Origin: Catajapyx aquilonaris
Taxonomy: Eukaryota
Assembly (NCBI GenBank): GCA_000934665.2
Contig: JYFJ02002977.1
Location: forward strand, 1 to 47,986
DNA: 47,986 bases
Direction: 5' to 3'
The position numbers and the translations under genes are program-made. Below are positions 34,669-44,374 of the stretch, in pieces (positions within the stretch are counted from its first letter, which is position 1; the number at the start of each line of letters is the position of its first letter). A model generated the notes under the pieces. The model had not been told where the DNA came from, did no database searches, and saw nothing but the letters and a program-made list of their open reading frames with translations.

Positions 34669-37332
34669 ATGGCCGGAAAACTGAAGATAATTTTAGCCTT
34701 CCTATGTCTGGCAGTGGCTGCTGAAGTGGTTCAGAGCCAGTGTCCTGATGGAGGTTAGTATATACGAGCTCCAGTTTTAAACTCGTAATCTTCATCGCAA
34801 CAGTCAGTATGTTTCAAATTGATCCAGACAAATCTTTATTAACTGGTTAAAATATTGTGTACCAGAAGATAACCACAGAAGATAACGACGAACGTGTCAT
34901 TCAGATTAATCAATTAGATAATTTATGAACGCCATTTCCAGGATATAATTATTTTACTATAACTGACTATATATAAATGATTAATAGGGGAAGGGGTTCA
35001 TATTTCGACCATGCGCCTAATTCTGACCACCGTGCTATCTCCGTGATAACGTGTTACAAATTGCCGATGACAGTGGTAAAATGTCACAACAGACGTACGC
35101 GTAACTGGTGAGCTGAGAGCACTGATGTGATCGTCAGTGCATTGTGCAACCTTTGACACCAGTTTGTTTCTAAGCACATGGTGGACTGCAGTGCATGCCA
35201 TTATTGGCCATCATTTCCCACACATTTCCCAGCAATTAAGCTTTGCTATTAAATAATTTATTTTAGCCTATGATGTTGCTTACACTGTTTATTTGCATGT
35301 TTTAAAGTAGCGACATCATGCTGCAACTTGTCGATGTGAACCAGCAGCCACAGTAGAAAGTTGTAATGTTCTTAATTTCGGTCACATATCGGCGTTCCTA
35401 ATTTCGGGTAGGGCCCTACCTTCCGTACTATCATGCTCATTTTGACAGTTCCATTTATTTCGCGGAAACTCAAGAAAGAAATCACAGAAAACGTTTGTGC
35501 ACTGCATCTGTATACTACCTGACACTGTTAAACGTTCTCGTATGATTGTATTGAATAAGGGTAAGAATTTTAGTCTCACTGATAGTTACTGCTAACTTAT
35601 CAGTGCCGTGGCCAACAATGGTAGGCCTACTGCTAAGTTAGCAGAGGGACGAAAATTCCACCCCAAGTCATTATTCAACGGCATTTTTTTTTTTTTGCAA
35701 ATAGGGAAGACATTTCATTTTCATCATTCACATAAACCAGTTTTTATTGTATTTTTATTAATGAAACATTTTAAAGCACTCACAAATCATTTAGAAATAT
35801 TTTTAAACATCTTTCCTCCCATTAAAACGCAGGTGCCGAAATTAGGAACACTTTTCTTTGAGACTGAAAAAAATTTGATGTTTTCACCTTTTCAATTGTG
35901 AACTTTTTTATATCATTAAAAAAATTTCATTGCCGGACCTAGTAGAGTAGTAGGTAAATGTTCAATGTATTAACATTCATTTTCCTTACATTGCTGAGTT
36001 CAGTCATCTTCTAACAAGAGGAAAACAACGTAAGGGTGTCGAAATTTGTGCCCATTACACTAAATTAGAAGTCGCTTTATTTTATCATGTACTCCATTTA
36101 CAATATTGATGCGCGTTTTTCAGAAGAGCGCGATGACGGGAACTGCCCGGCAGCAGGCCCAGCATACGACGTAGAAAGTGTTGATGGAGTTTTGCATCAT
36201 TGCGAATGCCAGGATGATAATGACTACGCTTGCTGCTATAAAGTAGAAGCGGGTAAGTAAGCTCTATTAACTTTTCCATGTACGGTACTTTTCCATTTCC
36301 ATTGAACTTTTATGTTTTTTGTGCATGTGCCTGCTTGTTATTTCTATAAAAAAATGCCAAGGTGAATAATTACAAACACCAACATGCACATTAGAGTGGC
36401 ATGACCTTAAAGAATGTACAGACACTTGAATACTGACTGAAACAATATTCACGGACTTGATAAACTCATTACTGATTCTCGAAGAACAGAAAGTGGTGGT
36501 AAATGTACGAGAAGTTCAATTCATACAACTGATTGTAATACAGTATGAGTATAGAATGTAATGTAATGATATTCTTCCTGCAATGACAGCTACTCATCAA
36601 CATACACAAAGCAGCCGAACTCGTCGCCATGCAAGCGGAGGTAGAAGCAGAGGCCGTGGTGGGCATGGAGGAGGAAGAGGTCGTGTTGGTGGGCACAGGG
36701 GAGTGAACAGTCACTCTGGTGGAGGACGTGGAAGGCAACATGGTGGAGGCCGTGGGGGACACGGAAATCAGTATGGGCATGGCGGGAGTTCTGGAAGCCA
36801 GCATAATCACGGCGGTGGGAGTAATCAACATAATGGGGGATCACACAACAGTCATGAGCAGTATAATAGCCACGAACAGAATGGTGGATCACACAACAGT
36901 CATGAGCATCATGATGGAGGGGAAAATAACAACAATGACCAGCATGATGATGGAGGGCATAACCATGATGACGGAAACGGAGGAGGTGGTGGAGGTAGCA
37001 ACGGAGGCGGTGGTGGAGGTAGCAACGGAGGCAGTGGTGGAGGTAGCAACGGAGGCAGTAGTGGTGGAGGTAGCAACGGAGGCAGTGGTGGTGACGGAGG
37101 CGGTGGTGGTGACGGAGGAGGCGGCGGAGGTCTGGGTGGTGGTATCGGCGATGGCTTAGGCGGTGGCGCTGGAGGATTGGGTGGTGGTATGGGCGATGGC
37201 TTAGGNGGTGTAGGCGATGGAGGAGGAATGGGCGGTGGTGCTGGAGATGGAGGAGGAATGGGCGGTGGTGCTGGAGATGGAGGAGGTCTGGGTGGGGGTC
37301 TGGGTGGGGGTGGTATAGGCGTAGGTCGTTAG
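34669..37332 (+). CDS. Secreted protein F1: signal peptide, 6-Cys domain, Gly/His-rich tail; about 318 aa
   Basis: Exons 34669-34753 (MAGKLKIILAFLCLAVAAEVVQSQCPDG), 36124-36252 (EERDDGNCPAAGPAYDVESVDGVLHHCECQDDNDYACCYKVEA) and 36590-37332. Both introns are GT-AG phase 1, which selects the Gly-rich frame. The structure is conserved in the paralog. Confidence 0.85.
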
Positions 37333-37439
37333 TCTTCAGTGTCATGTCCAGGCGAAATGGAATCACCTCATACATGTTAATACATTCAGTTTCTTCTGGT
37401 GTATATATTGATGTCATCAGCATTGTAATTTACTGTAAA

Positions 37440-37475
37440 AATAAACCACAGAGCATGCAAACTTATTTCTTTATT
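37440..37475. terminator. Opposed polyadenylation signals after F1
   Basis: AATAAA on the plus strand at 37440-37445 and on the minus strand at 37470-37475. Both are conserved in copy 2. Confidence 0.55.
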
Positions 37476-37806
37476 GTCAACGCTCCTATTTAGGAAGACA
37501 TGTCGGCCTAGTTCTAGTTGCCTGTCCACTGTCAAATAACTTTTCGAAGGACGAAGGGTGAAGGGCCTATGGACGAGGCGAGGGAAAAAGCGGCCCGACT
37601 CCGATTGGTGAATTCGAAGCTCGAAGTCAGGGGTCCGTGCCAAGGACTCCTGCTTAGACGACAACGAGCTACAGTGTTGATAGCTTATATAGAGGAAGGA
37701 TGTTCCGCGTCGTCGACGTCGTCCATTCCTCGACATTTTTCTCAGTCATACAATTTAAGCTTATTTCAGTTCAACGACTGTAATGGCGGCCGTATAACGC
37801 ACTATA

Positions 37807-38229
37807 CAGGGTGTATCTGACTCAGTGCCCCGACGTATATGACTGTGGTCCTAGCCACCAGAGGATCGATTTAAGTATAGGAGTCATATGTCTGGGCAGC
37901 CTCATTACTGAGATACACTCTTTAGCGATTTTTGCCTAATTTCTCCTTCTGACTTTTAAATAGAATTTTCTGGTGTAACTAGCCAATGAGGCCTTACCAC
38001 CTGTGGGCAACAAACCAACAAAGTCCCGCCCCCAGACCTTCCAGAGCCTTCTGACTGGGGGAGGGTTCGATGGGTGGCCTAACCGACAGGATATTTTGCA
38101 CTACATGTTTGCGGCCAATTATCTTAGTAATGCGGCGGCCAGACATAATGACTCGTATACTTAAATCGATCCTCTGGTGGCTAGGAAGGCAGTCATATAC
38201 GTCGGGGCACTGAGTTCAGATACACCTTG
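37807..38229. mobile_element. Tc1/mariner-type MITE with about 110-bp TIRs
   Basis: TA-CAGGGTGTATCTGACTCAGTGCCCCGACGTATATGACTG... pairs with ...CAGTCATATACGTCGGGGCACTGAGTTCAGATACACCTTG-TA. Confidence 0.85.
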
Positions 38230-39388
38230 TATAATTATGAAGTACTGGACCCTGCATTTATTATAGCAATGACCTCTCTGAATCACCTTTCCTTACAGCA
38301 CGCTTTCAGCAGGTGCATGACCATCCCGATTACTAAAGGTACGTATGTTCTATGCCACAGAAAGAGATAGTTTTATTATTGAGGCATCTGTCGGTCTCAA
38401 ACCGTGGTCTGAAATGAAGAAGCTCAGACAGACACCAGCAAGGTGAATCGGAGCCTCAGCAAAGAATATCACGTGTCATAATAATATGGGCAAGCATGAG
38501 TTCTTGCCACTTTTTCTTGTAGATGGTGACAGTATAGCAATCATAAATAATGAGCTATGAAAATGCAGACGATCAAGGATTCAAGGAGATAATCTACGGA
38601 TAAGAGAAGAAAGAGGGTATAGGAATGATTGATGGTGTTCCTCTTTGACTTCTATGCCACAAAAAGACCTTTACGCTTGGTTCACCCTGGCAGGAGACGA
38701 AGCTTCTGCCGATATACTGTGTCTTGTATAGCTCTCTGGAAGAAAAAACAAAAAATATATGAGGCATTCCACTTTCCACGTAAAGCGGGACACCTTCCGA
38801 CAAATCTTTGAGGACCTTGACCAAAATTTAGTGACATGTACTACTCATCGACCTATGCAGGAAGCCAAATTATTACACCTCTGCGTTGCGTGGTTGCGTA
38901 ACTACAGGGTGGGGAATCTACCAATTTATAATGATTTTTGCTTCGCATGCAGTCACTTGGATTACCATAACTCCAAGGGGATAAGTACAAATCCGAAACT
39001 TGATGTGTGCGTTGGATACCTATTTTAACGCTCGATGGGATGGCCATACTGATTATTACGAGAATCAAAAATGTAAAGTCAAAATTTGGTGCTCCAATTT
39101 TGATTTTAATTTTTCTCAAACTTGGACCATTTTGAGATTTTTTAAAATGGCCCTTAAAATGAAGCTGGACATGTCTGTCCGATATTTCCGAAAACTCTCC
39201 GAGGACGAATTTGGTCTTTCACGCGCTAGAAGCCTAAACGCAACCTGTGTACGGATTTTTGCTTCTCATGCAGTCACTTGGATCTATCATCCTCTTGGGA
39301 ACCTCCCTTCCCCCCCTTAAGACCAATAATGGTTAGCATAGGGGTAATAATTTTATATATAAAAAGAAAAGAGTAAGAAAGACTTAGC

Positions 39389-39868
39389 AAGAACAGACCT
39401 CACTTAACTCCAATGCGTAAGCTGTCAGAAACGGATAGGATCTGCTTATTATGTGAGGAGGGGGAGGAAAATATGGGGCCAGTGGGCACATGTGGTGAGG
39501 GATGCAGGGCAATGAGGGAAAAGAGAGGAGCGGGAAATGGATACCGGTAGTGGAAGGGATGGAGGATGAACAGGTGTATGGATTTGTAAAGAATGTGAAC
39601 AGGGGAGAGCTCTGTGTAGATATTTGTACGGTATGGTGGAAAAAAAGAAAGGATGCAGTTTTGGAGAGACTGGGAGAGAGGGTGAATGAAAGTAGAATTT
39701 TGTATGGGGCAAGAGTGTTGTAGAGGCCTGGAGGGACAAAGGTGTACAGTACAGTACATGTGTATATGGAAGGGAGGAGGGTCGGCCAAGCAGCATGTGC
39801 GGCAGGCCGACGAAATGTAAATAAAGCTATAAACAAACAAACAAACAAACAAACAAACACTGAAATAA
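39389..39868 (+). mobile_element. 5'-truncated non-LTR retroposon 3' end
   Basis: Purine-rich body, then a hairpin (GTCGGCC...GGCCGAC), AATAAA and an (AAAC)n tail. Candidate TSD ACTTAGC at 39382-39388 and 39869-39875. Confidence 0.6.
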
Positions 39869-40164
39869 ACTTAGCCACTGCGTGCTTCTCCCATAGTTCG
39901 CGCAGAGCCTCCACAATCCCTCCATTGCTGTTTTAGATCATGCCCATGAAAAGGTTGGTGCCGGCGGATTCCAAATTCAGTGTCTTAATGGCTAAACTCA
40001 TATATCTGCGGTGTGGAAGACACAAATGCTTGCGAGGAATGTCACTTATTCGTGCGCGTGATTCCCAGATGTAAGTTAATTGCTTTCCTGGATCCATCGT
40101 TTTTCAGGGATACGTTCAAAACTATGAATCGAGATTACATTGTAGGCCTACAGCGGTTTTTTAA

Positions 40165-41043
40165 CCCTGTAGCGGGCATTGTTGCCTGAGGGCAACAATT
40201 AATTTGCGCAGGCGCCATAAGCTTCAACATTGGTCCTGGAAACCACAGTGTCGCTTGATATCACCGTTAGTTTGTTAGCTTCCGCTGGATGACATGCAAT
40301 GTCGACAATGTTACGATCGGGATATGGTATGAAGCGGAGAGTAGCCAAGGTCGTTGAAAATGGCGCGAAATTTGAATTTGCTGAAGCAGCAATTGTTTCT
40401 GGAGCTGATTAGATATAGGTGCAGATATTAAATATCGAATTGCATGTGTAACACTGCAAGAGTAGCTCTCTCGTCGCCATTTGAGGCCATTCTAATTTTG
40501 CCAGCACAATTTCATCACAATTTTTTGGCGGCGCAGGCACAATATTGCTTTAGGTTTGAGTCCTAAGTCATTGTACTATTTTTATTCGAAAACGGAAATA
40601 TGTACAGATATGACCATTACTACGTTTTAAAGGCCCGGCGATTACAATTTGGACTGGAATATAGATGGCCCCGAGATCTCAAGGGGAACCGGTAAACGAA
40701 AGGGGATCGTGACCCCCCACCCCGAGCTGCATGAGACGGTGGAAGGGTGGGGGTTATGATCGCCTTTAGTTTTCTGGTCCCCTTTGCGATATGGATGCCA
40801 TCTATTTATCAGATGAAATTGTAATCGCCGGACCTTCAAAACTTAGCAAAGATCATCTCTGTATGTGTTACCATTTTTGAATAAAAAAATACTCGCCATG
40901 ACTTTTGACTCACCCGGTGTAACTTCAAAGTCATTGGGTCAGAGATGACCAAAACATAATAAAAACCATCCTTACGTCGCATATGATGAGAAAAAGGCGT
41001 TAGAATTTTTCTTCCCACAATCCTAAATGTGTGCAGTACAGGG
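40165..41043. mobile_element. piggyBac-like non-autonomous insertion
   Basis: TTAA-CCCTGTA ... TACAGGG-TTAA. It sits at a TTAA that is uninterrupted in copy 1 (about 29821). The TIR match is only 7 bp. Confidence 0.6.
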
Positions 41044-41047
41044 TTAA

Positions 41048-41261
41048 ATTTAGTTTATTTATTTTACCCCATTGCATTGGGAGAATCGGCGCTCAACTAG
41101 GGGGGTGGAATACCACCATTGGATTGGGCCAAGGATAGGGAAGGAAGGAAGCGTCTGTGGCCTATTTCTAAGCAATCCCGGAATTATCCTGGGGGGACCA
41201 TGGAAAACCACAGAAAACCACAGTCAGGATCGCCGGCCCCGAGAATCGAACCCAGGACGGC
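41048..41261 (-). mobile_element. SINE family B, truncated in the tRNA head
   Basis: Shares GGATAGGGA.GGAAGGAAGCG.CTGT.GCCTATT and AAACCACAGAAAACCAC.GTCAG..GCCGGCCCCG with 31552-31845. B-box GGTTCGATTC on the minus strand. Confidence 0.75.
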
Positions 41262-42595
41262 AACGGTTTTTAAATTTTAAAAAGTAATAATTTCTTCCTT
41301 CAGCAAGTGACGCATGTAGGTTCAGTGGATATGTCTATATGTGAGCAGTGAGTTATCTAGGTGAGTTTAGACTTACAATAGGCCATAAATACTAGCATAC
41401 TATTTTTTCTCCCGTCATTTTACATTCAAATATTATGACTTTAAAATCTTTGTTATGAAAAAACCATGCTGTGAAGTAAAGAAATTATAATATGGAAAAA
41501 TGGGTTAGTAACGTATTTATCGACGCACGGCCAGAATTGTGATTTTAAAACAGCTGTGAAGTAAAGAGAACTTTGCAGGCAATTATTGACAAAGTATGCA
41601 AGCGAGCAGCAGCTTGTGTGAAAAGAGCACAATCATGAATGTTTCCTATTGCGATCAGGCGTGCAGGACATGATAACTGAATATCGTGCGAAGGACTTAC
41701 TTTGTAGGCAGAGTCATACAACAAACACTTGTCACTCAACAACTTAACTTCTGTACATTACTTTAGAAATAAATTCGCTGCTCCATTGTGAGTTACATGC
41801 ATTATGTATAGCTTATGTCACTCTCGGGTCAAATAAGGGAAACACAGCAACTTTTTCTAGATTACCAATATGGAAACAACACTATCTCTGTTTTCGTCGC
41901 AAATGCATAAATTGACGGTGTTAGTAACCCTATAGTCTTAACAAAAGATTATTTCCATAAAGACCATTATCCAGTAATACAAGAAAGACTTAAGGACAAT
42001 ATTGCGCAATCGACAAGTTCCTAAAATAATGTCAGATATAATAGAAGACAATTCATTCTCACTACGCAGGCATTACGTGTGGAGTACACTACTTACGTAT
42101 ATATATACGAAAATATATTTTATCATGCATATAGTGTACAAATAGTGTATACAGTCTGTCTCACAACTCTTTCCAAAATTCCGGAACATAATGTCGTTAT
42201 GACTTATACTGTAATCAGCATGTATTTTCTTTTCTTTATCAGGCACTTCTAATATTTAGAAGTACAGGGACACCCTGTAGAATACTCTATATTACATAAT
42301 CTTGACGTTTGCTTATGAAATGCAATCATAATTTTGTGCTACCCAAGGGGTTGCTTATTATCCTCTACGATGATACTAGTAGAATGAAAATTGCAAATGT
42401 GACGGCTGTCGCATGTAAATTATCATTATTTGCATTACTCTAAAAGGGAACTTTTCATGCCTTCGTGAAATTTGCATATTATTGACGTAATCTTGTATAT
42501 AATTACATATACATTCAAGGGGTGCCTTTAACGTTACACTTGTACAGCTTTAATGACAATAAAAGGTAACAGCACATTACGATACCAACCATGAG

Positions 42596-42673
42596 TATAA
42601 AAAGGCCTCAGGAAGTGGTCATCCACATTACACCTGCTGAAATCAGCAGGGAAGTACAGTACTTCAGAAGCAG
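42596..42673 (+). promoter_or_regulatory. TATA box and non-coding first exon of gene F2
   Basis: TATAAAAA at 42596-42603 and donor CAG|GTAAGT at 42673/42674. Paralogous to 33457-33529. Confidence 0.7.
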
Positions 42674-42682
42674 GTAAGTCTT

Positions 42683-43001
42683 GGTGGGGAGGTGTGGTGG
42701 CCGAGATGGTAACGTCTCGGATTGCTTAGTGGAAAGTCCCAGGTTCAATCCCCGCCTGGGCGCTCCATTTCGCCTGTGTCAGGAGGGTCTCTGACCTGCG
42801 CCGTGGAGGTGTCTGGCAACCTAACTTACAGGGAGACTGCACATGACCCGCCAACCGACATTGCACCTGCACCCGTGTCCCTTCCCCAAAAATCCCCATG
42901 TCCTTTCGTCCTTGCACGGTGATGAAGAAAAATACGAAAATGTTATTTACGGTGTTTCTCTCCAATGCAATGGGAGAACTTTTTTGTAAAAAACAGGTAT
43001 A
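42683..43001 (+). mobile_element. tRNA-derived SINE, family A
   Basis: A-box TGGCCGAGATGG and B-box GGTTCAATCCC. TSD AAGTCTT at 42676-42682 and 43002-43008. The site is empty in copy 1 (GTAAGTCTTTGTAACAACT). Confidence 0.88.
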
Positions 43002-43136
43002 AAGTCTTAGTAACAACTATTACATTTAAATACCTTGTGAACACCTAATGGACCCTTCCTAAGTTCTCCAAAGGCATATTTAAAGCACCATTTGTCTAAA
43101 TGGGGAGCATTTAACCTTTGGTGCTTTAAATATGCT

Positions 43137-43311
43137 AAATATGAAGCTATTCCGCAAATAAAACAGAAGTCAGGCGGCGATATTGCCCACACTATAACTC
43201 CACCTATGGCTGGCTTTAATGGTAGACTTTAATCTGGTGGTCATGAAACATTGATATCCTCAAAAAAGTAGCTACTGACTTCTGTTTTATTTGCGGAATA
43301 GCTTCATATTT
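43137..43311. repeat. Perfect 37-bp inverted repeat, probably part of a MITE
   Basis: AAATATGAAGCTATTCCGCAAATAAAACAGAAGTCAG (43137-43173) is the exact reverse complement of 43275-43311. A decayed right arm is present in copy 1 at about 34460-34500. Confidence 0.75.
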
Positions 43312-44374
43312 TTCAGTTTTTTTAAGCTGCCCAGAATTATAGAATGAGAAATTCGTTAAACATGATTGAAGTTATCTTTTAACATCCTTCCAACCGTTTT
43401 GTGGAGCGCTTTCTTTTCTTATTCTGCTGAATATAGTATACCGTAGCTTCATTAGAAGCAAATCTCTTGCTAATTAACTATATATTGTGTTACTTAATTT
43501 GTATACTGACTGATGTCTACTTCCAACACAGTTCTTCCTAGACATGTCTCTGAAGTTTTCGTACTGAAAAATTGGGAGAAGTGCAGCATTGACGCATTTT
43601 ACTTTGCTATAAAATTGAAAGTATATTAATCCCCCAAAACTGGACAAAGACGAGCTGATTCTGCCTGTGTGCTGGATTGTCAGGCAATGTGATAACGTAA
43701 TCTCAAAAAAATATTTTAATTTTAAATTGTGATATGATTTGTATGCTGGCATTACCACTACGGGAGAAAGAAATACGTAGAAGTACAGTACACCACGTTG
43801 AGGATCGGGAGCAATTGAGTGGGTCAGAATAATAAAGGCATATACCACCCAAGTGTCGAATTTGAGTTTTTGGTGGCTGTGATTGCAAGAGACGTCAATG
43901 AATCAGTTCCATAAGTTGGAGCCAGTTTGGAGCCATACTTTTTTATTAAATCCACATTTACATTGATATGAATACATTAAAAAGTATTATTCTGCATACA
44001 TTTAAACCTCGAATATCTCAAAAACACTTTTGATTGGGATATGCCGTTATTATTCGCACCAACTCAAATAGGATTTGAGTGGAGGGAAGAAAGAGAGATG
44101 GGTGTAGTAATACAGTAATAAATAATGGTGCGAGACGGAGGTAAAATTAAGCACAAATATTAATTTACTACTTGGCTCCAGACGCTATAATTTCAGCATC
44201 TTTCTACAATATATTGTTCAAGTCCAAAGTTGTGAAATTCCTCAGATCTCATTACATGATGGTGGTAGAATACCATAATTTTGATAAAGTATTATTTACA
44301 GAGGTCAGGAGCGAGGGCACATAGATAACGATGTTGCATAATGCAGAGTGGCGGGTTTTCTTTCGTTGCAGAAA

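Larger units (their letters stand above)
29745..37667 (+). repeat. Tandem segmental duplication, copy 1
   Basis: Collinear similarity to about 40066-47867. Examples: 29812-30580 vs 41262-41995, 32932-33550 vs 42069-43030, all exons, the 3' UTR and the downstream block. Confidence 0.9.

Noticed and set aside
35646..36053. Possible degenerate TIR element in the F1 intron (similar weak cases at about 1642-1996 and 38850-39320)
   Set aside because: The terminal matches are too weak or one-sided, with no clear TSD.
37206..37206. Ambiguous base n in the F1 coding sequence
   Set aside because: It is the third position of a GGN codon, so it encodes Gly regardless and does not disrupt the gene.
36590..37423. 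Long antisense and alternative-frame ORFs over the Gly-rich exons (His/Arg/Leu-rich 277 aa, EVATEAVV-repeat 146 aa, and equivalents at 46973-47540)
   Set aside because: GGN-rich repeats lack stop codons in other frames. Splice phase from the signal-peptide exons selects the Gly frame.
39384..39936. Several overlapping ORFs of 64-176 aa
   Set aside because: Purine/pyrimidine-skewed retroposon 3' sequence with an (AAAC)n tail and no protein-like motifs.
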